A stretch of 46,751 bases of DNA from Patescibacteria group bacterium (GTDB lineage: Bacteria; Patescibacteriota; Minisyncoccia; HO2-45-28), in contig JADFMT010000001.1 in assembly GCA_022563755.1 (NCBI GenBank), positions 1 to 46,751 on the forward strand, in the 5' to 3' direction. The position numbers and the translations under genes were made by a program. Below are positions 1-9,230 of this stretch, piece by piece. Every line of letters begins with the position of its first letter. The stretch's first letter is position 1. The notes under the pieces were generated by a model that searched no databases, was not told the origin of the DNA, and worked only from the letters and a program-made list of their open reading frames with translations.

Positions 1-2
1 GC

Positions 3-1388
3 AGTTATCTTGGCGGTCATGTTATAGATAAATACCCCAGCAAAAAAACCCTGGGCATTTCTTTTCTCGCAGCCGCCATACTGATAAGCATCGTCCCATT
101 TCTCTCTTTCCACCTATCAATCCTTGCGCAATGGAATATGTCGCTTCTTGCAATTACCCTGATATCTTCTTTATCATTATTCTTTCTACCATCGCTCTTT
201 CTGGGCACCCTTTACCCTTCCATTTTAAAGCTTTTATCGGCGACGGTTGATGACCTTGGGAAAAAATCCGGATTACTCTCGTCCTTGTGGTCTCTTGGAA
301 GTATATTGGGGACATTTTTAACAGGATTTTATTTCATTAGCTATTGGGGGAGTTTTGCAACGATTTTTTTTATCACCTTTATTCTTTTCATTCTCGGGGC
401 GTTTTTCTTGAAAAATTATGGAAAAAAATACATAGCCATTATTATAGTCGCGTCAATCCTTCTTGGAATTTTATATATAAACGGGAAAAAAACGAATGAA
501 GATCGAAGCTCAAATCTACTATTCAGCAAAGAAAGCCAGTACTACAAAATTCAGGTTGTTAAAGATTGGCTGCCGATATGGGGAAACGTTAAGGTTTTAT
601 TTCTAGACTTTGATTCGCACAACATTGAAGGAAAAAATGATCAAAAATTAAATATCTATACAGAAATATACCCGGTTTTCTCAGTATTTAATAAACATAT
701 CCAAAATATTCTTTTTATAGGAGGCGGATCTTATTCAATGGCGAAAAAAATGGCGAGCGAGAATCCTCGCAGTCGCATAACCGTAATAGAAATTGATCCT
801 TTGGTTACAGAAGTTGCTAAAAAATATTTTAATCTGGACGAGTTTCCAATAAAAACCGTCAATCAAGATGCACGATTTTTCTTAATAAAAAACAGGGAAA
901 AATACGACTTAATTTTTGGCGATGCCTACAATTCTTTTATTTCACTCCCGTGGCATTTAACCACGTACGAATTTAATGAGCTTACAAAAACCCATTTGGC
1001 TGAAAACGGCGTCTATGCGGTGAATTTTGTATCTGCTCTCGAAGGAGAAAACGCTTCCTTTTTTCAAAGCATGCTCGAAACATTTAAAAAAACTTTTCCT
1101 AATTACTACCTATTTGCCTACGGCAGAAAAAAAACAGACTCGCAGAATATCATTTTAGTTGGGCTCAATTCAGATAACAAGATTGCCATCGCTGGCTTGC
1201 GCAAAAAAATCAAAAATATTGAGAACGGCTTTTTTCTTGCTTCAAAATTAGTGGCTTCCCCGCTTCATTTTGAAAATATCCCGATTTTAACGGATGATTT
1301 TGCTCCGGTAGAAAGACTTATGATGCCCATTGCAAATAGCTATTTCTCTTCTTACGCCTCATTTTATTATAACCTTACGGGACGCTAA
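3..1388 (+). CDS. Membrane-domain-fused spermidine-synthase-like (SAM/PABS-fold) protein, 5' end cut by window edge
   Basis: The ORF track starts at M138, but the same frame stays open back to base 3 (SYLGGHVIDKYPSKKTLGISFLAAAILISIVPF...), so the true start is upstream of the window. The N-terminal half is a run of hydrophobic TM helices. The C-terminal half has spermidine-synthase-like motifs ILFIGGGSYSMAKK, ITVIEIDPLV and YDLIFGDAYN. Confidence 0.6.
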   Translation, partial: SYLGGHVIDKYPSKKTLGISFLAAAILISIVPFLSFHLSILAQWNMSLLAITLISSLSLFFLPSLFLGTLYPSILKLLSATVDDLGKKSGLLSSLWSLGSILGTFLTGFYFISYWGSFATIFFITFILFILGAFFLKNYGKKYIAIIIVASILLGILYINGKKTNEDRSSNLLFSKESQYYKIQVVKDWLPIWGNVKVLFLDFDSHNIEGKNDQKLNIYTEIYPVFSVFNKHIQNILFIGGGSYSMAKKMASENPRSRITVIEIDPLVTEVAKKYFNLDEFPIKTVNQDARFFLIKNREKYDLIFGDAYNSFISLPWHLTTYEFNELTKTHLAENGVYAVNFVSALEGENASFFQSMLETFKKTFPNYYLFAYGRKKTDSQNIILVGLNSDNKIAIAGLRKKIKNIENGFFLASKLVASPLHFENIPILTDDFAPVERLMMPIANSYFSSYASFYYNLTGR

Positions 1389-1450
1389 AAATAGAAGCTT
1401 CAAGATATCCACAGAAATAAAAATCTCTAAAAATAAGCAAAATTCCAAAG

Positions 1451-1459
1451 TGCTATAAT
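1451..1459 (+). promoter_or_regulatory. Extended -10 element TGcTATAAT ahead of the T4SS-like operon
   Basis: tgctataat at 1451-1459, about 60 nt upstream of the 1521 start. No good -35 hexamer. It is followed by a leader hairpin atcacgc-gaa-gcgtgat (1483-1499). Confidence 0.35.
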
Positions 1460-1520
1460 AAGGTAGGGTTAACCCGTCCTAAATCACGCGAAGCGTGATC
1501 GGATTAGGGTACCTAAAATT

Positions 1521-2531
1521 TTGGTATTTTCTGAACACAAAAAAATAATTCTTAGCGTTATGTTAGCTCTTGGTATCGTAGGGAGCGGTGTTTGGTATGT
1601 ATATAAAAATTCACGTATAAAACCGGAGGGCTTGCCAAAAGTTATTGCAGGCACCGCGGCAGAACCAAAAAACATAGCCCAAGATTCTGACGGCGACGGC
1701 CTAAAAGACTGGGAAGAACAGCTGTGGGGCACCGATCCGAATAATCCGGATACCGATGGCGACGGAACAACCGACAACGAAGAAATCCAGCTAGGCCGAA
1801 ATCCGTTAAAACCTGCGCCGAATGATGCTTTGACGGAAGCTTCATCAAAAACCGCCTCGGCAATCAATGGATCATCCGAAACCCTCACATTAACCGACAA
1901 AATGGCGAGATATCTCCTCTCTACCTATCTTCAAGAAAAAAATCTTGGCTTAGCATTTCCGGATCTAAAAAACCAAATCGTCTCCTCATTGACGCGTGAA
2001 CTCAAAAGCTACGAGGTATTTCCAGATAAATTTTCAAAAGAGAATATCATTATAAATCCTCAAAAATCTAGAAAAACCATTAGAGCTTATGCCAATGAAC
2101 TCGGAAGTATTATTAGCAACGAGCGAAATAAAAATCAGATTATAAAAAATGAATTGGAAACCCTCGCCGAGATCCTCAATCGAAAAGAAGCGCTTAGCGA
2201 GACAGAAACACCCCCTGCATTCCAAAAATACATACAGGCGTATGAAAATATCGTAAATCGGATGCAGAAACTTTCCGTTCCGGAAAACTACGCGCCGTAC
2301 CATCTTGCGCTTATGAATTCTTTCTTCCATTTAGCCCAAATTGACAAAAGATTGAATGCTTTCTTATTAGATCCGGCAGCCGGCATGAAGACAATCTATC
2401 AATATAATGATAAATCTGCGACCGTAGCCAAAATTCTAAATGCGATGAAAAATCAACTACGGCAAGATTATATCATCATTGCCCGCAAAGAATCAGGCTA
2501 TATTCTTATGCAAATGGCGGAAATACAATAA
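1521..2531 (+). CDS. TM-anchored exported protein with thrombospondin type-3-like Ca-binding repeats; function unknown
   Basis: 336-aa ORF with a TTG start. An N-terminal basic stretch plus one TM (KKIILSVMLALGIVGSGVWYVY) is followed by DSDGDGLKDWEE and DTDGDGTTDNEE (DxDxDG repeats), then a helical domain. An ATG at 1560 would truncate the TM, so TTG 1521 is preferred. Confidence 0.5.
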   Translation: MVFSEHKKIILSVMLALGIVGSGVWYVYKNSRIKPEGLPKVIAGTAAEPKNIAQDSDGDGLKDWEEQLWGTDPNNPDTDGDGTTDNEEIQLGRNPLKPAPNDALTEASSKTASAINGSSETLTLTDKMARYLLSTYLQEKNLGLAFPDLKNQIVSSLTRELKSYEVFPDKFSKENIIINPQKSRKTIRAYANELGSIISNERNKNQIIKNELETLAEILNRKEALSETETPPAFQKYIQAYENIVNRMQKLSVPENYAPYHLALMNSFFHLAQIDKRLNAFLLDPAAGMKTIYQYNDKSATVAKILNAMKNQLRQDYIIIARKESGYILMQMAEIQ

Positions 2532-2582
2532 ATGAACCTAATTGACCTAATAAAGAACCGATGACAAAAAATCCCAAATACG

Positions 2583-5306
2583 ATGTTTAAAAAACTCCAA
2601 AAGATTCTTGCACCCATTCTTATTGTGGCAGTGCTTACGCCATCCATTATGGTGCTAACCGTTCCCAGAAAAGCAGATGCTTTGTTTTTTGATGTTATCC
2701 AGGGCACGAAAGAAGCTTTTCTTGACACGATTGCGATTGTTATCGCAAGAACGCTTGTCCGTCAAATGTCGCAAAACATTATTACATGGATACGAAGCGG
2801 GTTTGATGGTAAACCGCTTTTTATCACCAACCCTCGCCGGTTTTTACAGCAAACCGCAGATATCGCAGTGGGCAGAGTACTGGACGACCAGCTTGGCCCA
2901 AATGCTAAATTTCTATGTAGTCCCTTTCGTATCAATGTTGTAATCGGGCTTTTATCATTCCGGCGTGTAGCTCCACCTGCATGTACGCTTTCGCAGATTG
3001 TTGATAATGTTGACCAGTTCTTCTCAGATTTCTCACAAGGCGGGTGGCCGGGGTTTCTTACCATTTCGTCTAACGTAAACAATAATGCAATAGGCTCGCT
3101 GCTAGTGCGGTTTGATGGATTGGCTCGGGCAGCTGCGCGCGCAACAGGAGAGAAACGAGACAGTATTTTGATAAATAAAGGCTTTATTTTGACAAGGTGT
3201 GTACGACGCGCCACACCTACTACTCAACAAGTTGATCCTTTTGGAGGAGTGGGAGGACAAGTTGACCCTTTTGGAGGAGTGGGAGGGCCAGGGGGAGCAA
3301 CTTCGGATACATGCATCGAAGAAGAACAAGTAACCCCCGGTGTTGCTATAGAAGATTCATTAGTCAATGTTTATGGGCAAGACTTCAGACAGCTGGGTGT
3401 TGCAGATGAAATCAACGAAATTATTGTCGCCTTGGTTCAGCAACTGCTTTTCGCTCCCGGCGGTCTTTTTGGCCCAAAAATACCACATCTTCCGAGCATT
3501 GACACACGATCCGCATTTCAACGGATAAAAGACAATCTGCTTCAAAGAATAAACGGGCTTTTGCCGCCTGAACGTGCATTTTTGAATATTCAGCGAACTG
3601 CCTCATCCACCTTTAGTACTCTTATCACAAACCTAGAAATACTCGAGACATGCAAATCCCAAAACCACACAACTAAAATTGAGAGCTTAACGGAAAGGGC
3701 AAAACCCTTTACAAAGAAGGCCGGGCGATCACGGCAAGTCATCGCAGAACTGGAAGAAATTGCAAGTCAAATCAGAGCGCTTGCAGAATTGGATCCGAAT
3801 GTTTCCGGGCTTGGACGGATGAGGCGAGAAATACAAACGTTTCTTCGAAAATTTGACGCCGTTGATGCGCTAAAAAGCGGTATTGCAGCCCTCGGAGACG
3901 TTATTAAAACCCTGAATGACCTGGCAAGTGATCCCGATGCCACAATCAATACAGATAAGCTGAACGCGATCGTAACAGAAATCCAAGCGCTCATCACGCT
4001 CATCGGCGATGACGCAACGCCCGGAACCTTGATCTATGAGATCGGTTTCCTCGCAGAGACACAAACACAGCCTGATCTCGATATCCTAGTATTAGAAGAG
4101 GTTAAACAAGACCTTCAGCGCTTCATTGGCAGCGTTGTATCTTCCGACTTTGAACCCTCTGATTTGGAAATACTCGTTCGCGATGTTCTTTTGCGCATTG
4201 GCGCTCTCAAGCAGGATATTCGAGAACTTGTGAACTCTAGCGTAAATCTCTCGGTTCTGGACCGGCTAAAACGAGTCCTGGAAGGAATTCTGGATGATAT
4301 TGCAACCAGAATTCTGAATTTAGATATTTCAGAAATAAATGCAGTGGTTGGAGATATTGAACTTCTTATCGATAAGATTGAAAATTTTGACAGCCTGGTA
4401 GCAGGAGTTAGCGATAAACCCAAGCCTGAAAATATAATATTTGCAGAAATTGAAAAAGATATCGGAAACCTGATTGCAAAAATCCAGCAAGCATCAGCTA
4501 TTGATATAGTATTCCTTCAAAACGCGGGTAACGTGATAACGGACCAAGCAGGAAGACTCCAGGGGGAGGCAGATATCGCAGAAGCCCAGAAGGATTTAGA
4601 CATAGTACGCGGTGAGGTCTGCCCGCGCATTCGAGCCACCTTTGATGAAGCTCGGCGTAACAGGGATTGCACGGGCATAATAACGACCGACAGAGATGAT
4701 GAAGGAAACGTTATAAGCAGGGACATCGAATGGCCGTATGGAGAGCCAACCTCAACCTGTCCACAAACAAGAGCAGAGGCCGCCGCAGCGGCAGCGGAGC
4801 GGGAGAAAAAAAGAAGAGATGATGATACTAACGGAAATGGAAACGGGAATGGGGACACAAATGGGAACGGAAATGGCGTAGGCAGTATTTGTCTCGTGTA
4901 CGATACGCTGGTTCTGATGTCTAACGGCACGTATAAAGTTATACAAGACATAGAAGTTGGGGATAGGGTTAAAGGGTTTGATATTAATACAGGGAAAGCG
5001 GTAAATACTACGGTAATCGATACCTTAAAAGACCACCCGAGAAATGACTATTATGTCATCAACAACGAATTGAATATTACCAATGATCACCCTGTAGCTT
5101 TGTTAGAAAAGAATTCCATTGTATGGAGAAGAACAGATGAATTGCAAATCGGGGATAAAATAAAATCCATCTCAGGCATTATTGAGGTAAAAAGTATAGA
5201 GATATCGCGCACCCAAGCGACCACTGCAAACCTGTACACCGAATTAGGAAACTTCATCGCTCAAGGCAAGAACGGCGGCATTTATGTGGTAAAGAGCGAT
5301 TATTAA
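2583..5306 (+). CDS. Large (907 aa) exported/surface protein: N-terminal signal anchor, long helical middle, C-terminal Hint (intein-like) autoprocessing domain
   Basis: Long ORF with an N-terminal hydrophobic segment (ILAPILIVAVLTPSIMVLTV). The middle is helical and rich in Leu/Ile/Asp/Glu. A Gly/Asn linker precedes CLVYDTLVLMSNG..., ITNDH (TxxH) and NFIAQG...IYVVK-SDY. See findings. Confidence 0.7.
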   Translation: MFKKLQKILAPILIVAVLTPSIMVLTVPRKADALFFDVIQGTKEAFLDTIAIVIARTLVRQMSQNIITWIRSGFDGKPLFITNPRRFLQQTADIAVGRVLDDQLGPNAKFLCSPFRINVVIGLLSFRRVAPPACTLSQIVDNVDQFFSDFSQGGWPGFLTISSNVNNNAIGSLLVRFDGLARAAARATGEKRDSILINKGFILTRCVRRATPTTQQVDPFGGVGGQVDPFGGVGGPGGATSDTCIEEEQVTPGVAIEDSLVNVYGQDFRQLGVADEINEIIVALVQQLLFAPGGLFGPKIPHLPSIDTRSAFQRIKDNLLQRINGLLPPERAFLNIQRTASSTFSTLITNLEILETCKSQNHTTKIESLTERAKPFTKKAGRSRQVIAELEEIASQIRALAELDPNVSGLGRMRREIQTFLRKFDAVDALKSGIAALGDVIKTLNDLASDPDATINTDKLNAIVTEIQALITLIGDDATPGTLIYEIGFLAETQTQPDLDILVLEEVKQDLQRFIGSVVSSDFEPSDLEILVRDVLLRIGALKQDIRELVNSSVNLSVLDRLKRVLEGILDDIATRILNLDISEINAVVGDIELLIDKIENFDSLVAGVSDKPKPENIIFAEIEKDIGNLIAKIQQASAIDIVFLQNAGNVITDQAGRLQGEADIAEAQKDLDIVRGEVCPRIRATFDEARRNRDCTGIITTDRDDEGNVISRDIEWPYGEPTSTCPQTRAEAAAAAAEREKKRRDDDTNGNGNGNGDTNGNGNGVGSICLVYDTLVLMSNGTYKVIQDIEVGDRVKGFDINTGKAVNTTVIDTLKDHPRNDYYVINNELNITNDHPVALLEKNSIVWRRTDELQIGDKIKSISGIIEVKSIEISRTQATTANLYTELGNFIAQGKNGGIYVVKSDY
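3228..3287 (+). repeat. In-frame 30-bp tandem duplication (2 copies, 28/30 identical) encoding QVDPFGGVGG twice
   Basis: caagttgatccttttggaggagtgggagga (3228-3257) is followed directly by caagttgacccttttggaggagtgggaggg (3258-3287). Both differences are synonymous (gat/gac, gga/ggg). Confidence 0.95.
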
Positions 5307-5316
5307 TTTCTTTCAA

Positions 5317-7500
5317 ATGAAGAAAAAAGATTCAAAAATAAAACCCCTGAAAGCTATTTTAGTGCTGGTTTTGATATTTGGATTTTTGTTTCTTTTGTTG
5401 CCGCGCGGAGTAATTCAGGCTCAGCAAACGCTAGACGATCTTTGCGTTATTGGCATATTATCCATCGGCAATCTTTTAACGGGTATTTGTATCGCAAAAG
5501 GGATAGCATGGGTGGGATACATTTTGCTGTTTCTTATCTCGAAAATTCTTAGTGTAACGGGAATATTTTTCAATGAGGTCATTGAGATCGTATTGAAACC
5601 GGACATGTATAACATCCCTGCTCTTAAAAATACCTGGGCCACATCCCGCGATACCGCAAATCTATTTTTCATTTTCGTCCTTTTAACAATTGCGATCGCT
5701 ACCATTTTACGGATTGAAACGTACGGGGCAAAAAAGCTTCTGCCAAAACTTATTATCGCAGCGCTCTTCATTAACTTTTCTTTTTTGATCACTCAATATG
5801 TTATTCTCTCATCAAACTTGCTTGCAGGTTTCTTTCTTGACGGCTTAAAGGGGCAAGGTGGTGTAGCGGCGTCAATATCAGAAAAAGTTCTAAAGGATGT
5901 AAATCCTCTCAATATCTTCAAACTCCCTGCGGTCAGCAACGTTGAGGAAGCGGAAAAAGAGATAGAAAGATTAAAACAAAGAAGAAAGGCTGTTTCAGGG
6001 GTCGGGGGAGTTCCCGGTCAGCGTAAGCTCGTGTGCACAACTACATCTGGAACTATAACAGTGGCGGAATGTCTAGACAGTATAGATAAAAAAATAACGA
6101 CACTTGAGACTACAAAAAAGGGCCTCAGCGAACAAGGCGCCTCGCCTAGCACTCTGAATATATTCTTAGGTGTTTTTGTAACTACGGTTTTTGGTATGAT
6201 TATTTTCTTTGTAGCCGCCTTTGTCTTTGCTGCCGGGGCGATTTTACTGCTTACGCGCATGGTTATTTTGTGGATCCTGCTTGTGCTCTCCCCCTTCGCT
6301 TTTCTCTTTATGATCCTTCCAAAAACTGCCTCCTACGCCCAAAAATGGTGGGACACGCTCTTTAGTCAGGCGCTTTTCCCCGTAGCCTTTTATTTCTTAT
6401 TTTCACTTGCGCTTACCATGCTTGGTTCGAGGAAGATCAAAGAAACCTATGGGCAAATATCCCCCGGGAACGAGCTTAATATTGCAACAATGATACTCTT
6501 CTTTTCAACCCAGATTATACTCTTCATTCTGGCTCTTGTTGTTGCCAAAGAACTGAGCGCGATGGGTTCCGGAGCAATGATAAGCGGGGGTAAAGCCGCG
6601 GCAAAATGGGCGCGAGGCGCAACGGTTGAAGCGTCGTCCAGAATATCCAAACGGGCGCTGGGCGGAGCATCTGCTGCTGCTCTAAAATCCCGGCCTGCAG
6701 AATGGATCTCAAAAATACCGCTTGCGCGCCAAGCCTTGCGGCCGCTTGCCGCTGGTGCGCGGGTCGCTGAAAAACAAGCATCAGAGGATGCGAAACGTCT
6801 TTCGGGTCTTTCGATCCGCGAACAATCAAGGCTTATCCCAACGCTTAGCGCGCGCGCTCAAGCATTTGCGTTTCGCGACATGAAAGACCAAGACGCAGGA
6901 AAACTGATGAAAGAGATGAGCTCGGGCGAGCGACAACGATTTGGCAAACGAATGAAGGGCTTTAACGAGGAGCTTGGTAGAAAAGCTGCAGGCGCCACGG
7001 GAAGCATGAAAGAAGCAACAACGATTCTATACAATGCGCCCTCCAAACCGCCGCCAAAAAATACTACGCAAGGGGAAGAATATCAACAAAACCTTAACAA
7101 ACTTTTCAAAGAGCTGAAAGCTGATCAGCTCGGAGGTTTCGATCTAAAAAAAGAGTTAGAAGATAAAGCTTTAAGTGAGTACACCCCTGAAGCTTTATTC
7201 AAGGGGCTTAATAAGGAAAATATTTCAGGAATTACGAAAAATATCAAAAATGCTGATGCCTTGAGAGATATGGTACGAAAAGAAGCCAAAGATCACGACA
7301 TGATGGACGAAAATGAAAACATTAAATTCGATGAGTTTACACGGCATATACGCGGTGGCGCATATCGCAATAATTCGTTGGCAGAATACTTCCAAAGCAC
7401 GCCGGCAAGAAGATTCTATGGGGGTGGAGGCATTACAGAGGAAAAAAAAGAGGAAAAAAAATCGCCAGAAGAACCAGGCTCTTATCACTTCACTGATTAA
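5317..7500 (+). CDS. Polytopic membrane protein, VirB6/TrbL-like, with long charged cytoplasmic tail
   Basis: 727-aa ORF starting 11 nt after the previous stop. Many TM helices fall in two blocks (aa ~15-180 and ~285-420), separated by a soluble loop, followed by a ~300-aa Lys/Glu/Ala-rich tail. Position and topology match VirB6/TrbL-type T4SS channel proteins. No sharp motif was recognised. Confidence 0.45.
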   Translation: MKKKDSKIKPLKAILVLVLIFGFLFLLLPRGVIQAQQTLDDLCVIGILSIGNLLTGICIAKGIAWVGYILLFLISKILSVTGIFFNEVIEIVLKPDMYNIPALKNTWATSRDTANLFFIFVLLTIAIATILRIETYGAKKLLPKLIIAALFINFSFLITQYVILSSNLLAGFFLDGLKGQGGVAASISEKVLKDVNPLNIFKLPAVSNVEEAEKEIERLKQRRKAVSGVGGVPGQRKLVCTTTSGTITVAECLDSIDKKITTLETTKKGLSEQGASPSTLNIFLGVFVTTVFGMIIFFVAAFVFAAGAILLLTRMVILWILLVLSPFAFLFMILPKTASYAQKWWDTLFSQALFPVAFYFLFSLALTMLGSRKIKETYGQISPGNELNIATMILFFSTQIILFILALVVAKELSAMGSGAMISGGKAAAKWARGATVEASSRISKRALGGASAAALKSRPAEWISKIPLARQALRPLAAGARVAEKQASEDAKRLSGLSIREQSRLIPTLSARAQAFAFRDMKDQDAGKLMKEMSSGERQRFGKRMKGFNEELGRKAAGATGSMKEATTILYNAPSKPPPKNTTQGEEYQQNLNKLFKELKADQLGGFDLKKELEDKALSEYTPEALFKGLNKENISGITKNIKNADALRDMVRKEAKDHDMMDENENIKFDEFTRHIRGGAYRNNSLAEYFQSTPARRFYGGGGITEEKKEEKKSPEEPGSYHFTD

Positions 7501-7517
7501 AGGAATATAATATATAA

Positions 7518-8060
7518 ATGCCCACGCAAAACGAAATTCAGCAAAAATTTAAAGAATTGCCGCAAGATCTGCGGGATGCGATCTTTAGTGTAGATACAGC
7601 CGACATTATTCAGGCAATTGCCAAACGACATAACCTGCCCATTGATAAAATGGGGGAGCTTGCAGACGAGGTCGGGCTTTTGATACTGGGGACAACACGC
7701 CCCAAAGATTTCGTAAGTCATTTAGCGCGCAGGCTTGACGCGGACATCGAGAAAGCAAGAAAAATTGCAGAAGAGGTAAATACTCAGATTTTTGCAAAAA
7801 TCAAAGAATCACTTAAAAAAGTGCATACGCTTGAGGAAGAGGAAATCATAAAAAAAGTAGAAGCACCAACGCCCCCAACAAAGCCAGAACCTAAAGAATT
7901 ACCTGTTAACCAGATGCAACCGAAAAAATCTCCGTTTGAAGAAAAATTGCAGGAGAAAATATTTACGACCCAGTCGCCCGTTCAAAAAGAGGTTGAGCAA
8001 GCAAAAAAGGAAAATAGATATCCAATGAAACAAGATCCTTATCGAGAATCAGTTGAATAA
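7518..8060 (+). CDS. Hypothetical soluble protein (helical N-domain, Pro/Lys/Glu-rich tail)
   Basis: 180-aa ORF inside the operon, ending 2 nt before the next start. No recognisable catalytic motif. Confidence 0.5.
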   Translation: MPTQNEIQQKFKELPQDLRDAIFSVDTADIIQAIAKRHNLPIDKMGELADEVGLLILGTTRPKDFVSHLARRLDADIEKARKIAEEVNTQIFAKIKESLKKVHTLEEEEIIKKVEAPTPPTKPEPKELPVNQMQPKKSPFEEKLQEKIFTTQSPVQKEVEQAKKENRYPMKQDPYRESVE

Positions 8061-8062
8061 TT

Positions 8063-8473
8063 ATGCGCCAATTTACGGTTCCACAATTTATTGACGTAGA
8101 GGATAAAATTTTTGGGCCTCTAAGCCTAAAGCAGTTCATTTATCTTTTGGGCGGGGCAGCGGCCCTATTTATTCTTTTTGTATTCTTGCCATTTTTCCTG
8201 TTTATCCTCCTTGCGATTCCGGTTGGTGGGTTTGCTGCAGCGCTTGCGTTTTATAAAGTAAACAATCAACCGTTCATTAAAGTCATTGCAAATGCCATAT
8301 CGTATTATACGGGTTCGCGCCTCTATATATGGAGAAAGCGCGAGGCAAAGAAAAAGAAAATCGAGATAACAAAACCAGCGCCCACCACTCTTAAGATGGG
8401 GGTTCCAAAAATAACGGAAAGCAGATTAAAAGACATCGCTTGGAGTTTAGATGTTAAAGAAACGATAAAATAA
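8063..8473 (+). CDS. PrgI-like small 2-TM T4SS protein (VirB3 analogue)
   Basis: The N-terminus MRQFTVPQFIDVEDKIFGPLSLKQFIYLLGG is followed by two TM helices and a basic tail. This is the pattern of the PrgI family encoded next to VirB4 in Gram-positive-type T4SS loci. Confidence 0.5.
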   Translation: MRQFTVPQFIDVEDKIFGPLSLKQFIYLLGGAAALFILFVFLPFFLFILLAIPVGGFAAALAFYKVNNQPFIKVIANAISYYTGSRLYIWRKREAKKKKIEITKPAPTTLKMGVPKITESRLKDIAWSLDVKETIK

Positions 8474-8477
8474 TTTT

Positions 8478-9143
8478 ATGCCCAAACCATCAAAAGGAAA
8501 ATCAGCACAAGACTTTGTCCCCATTCGAGAAATCCGAGATGGCGTGGTTATTACAGAGGATAACCGACTGCATGCGGTCCTGATGGCCTCATCTCTTAAT
8601 TTTGCCCTGCGTTCAGCCGACGAACAGGAAGCCATTACGTCTCAATATCAAAACTTTTTAAATGCCTTGGATTTTTCGGTGCAAATCCTGATCCAGTCCC
8701 GGCGTTTAAATATCGAGCCCTATCTCGAAACATTGAGGGAGGCTGAAAAACAACAAACCAATGAACTCTTGAAAATTCAAACTCGTGAATATATTGAATT
8801 TGTCCGAGTATTCGTAGAGAACACGAAAATTGTGAGTCGGCACTTTTATATTGTGGTAACCTTCGTACCCGCCTTTCTCGGGGCAGGGGGGAAGGGGATT
8901 GCAGGAATATTTGGTGGACTTTTAGGTGGCAAGAAAAAGTCAGCCAGAGGACCGGCAGAGGATGAAAAGTTTGAAGAATACAAGGCTCAACTTTTTCAAC
9001 GGACCGAAACCGTCTCGGGCACGCTTTCTTCAACCGGCGTTCGGACCGTGCCGCTTGAGACGCAGGAATTAATAGAGCTTTTCTATGGATTCTTTAATCC
9101 CGGGGAATTAGAGCGCGGGCATGCGCCACAAATACGTAGTTAA
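8478..9143 (+). CDS. T4SS-associated protein resembling the extreme N-terminal module of Gram-positive VirB4 ATPases
   Basis: The motif run QDFVPIREIRDGVVITEDNRLHAVLMASSLNFALRSADEQEAITSQYQNFLNAL resembles, from memory, the first ~100 aa of Tn916 Orf16 / ConE-class VirB4 proteins. It lies directly upstream of the VirB4 ATPase ORF. Confidence 0.4.
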   Translation: MPKPSKGKSAQDFVPIREIRDGVVITEDNRLHAVLMASSLNFALRSADEQEAITSQYQNFLNALDFSVQILIQSRRLNIEPYLETLREAEKQQTNELLKIQTREYIEFVRVFVENTKIVSRHFYIVVTFVPAFLGAGGKGIAGIFGGLLGGKKKSARGPAEDEKFEEYKAQLFQRTETVSGTLSSTGVRTVPLETQELIELFYGFFNPGELERGHAPQIRS

Positions 9144-9230
9144 CTTTAACTGGTTTAGCTTATTAAAAAATATGACAAAAATTAAAGATACTAAAAAGCT
9201 ACAAGCTAATCAGCTAAAAAGCTAAATCAT

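Noticed and set aside
17-208. 63-aa minus-strand ORF at the window start, and other short antisense ORFs listed in the track inside long genes
   Set aside because: They are embedded antisense in well-supported long ORFs, are low complexity, and have no independent signals.
3228-4880. Tandem repeats inside the 907-aa gene as a CRISPR-like or minisatellite array
   Set aside because: There are only two adjacent copies without spacers, in frame and within a coding region. The NG tract is codon-level low complexity. There are no repeat-spacer arrays anywhere in the window.
9196-9207. 12-mer aagctacaagct shared between 9196-9207 and 14376-14387
   Set aside because: Dozens of exact 12-mer coincidences are expected by chance in a window of this size, and the match does not extend.
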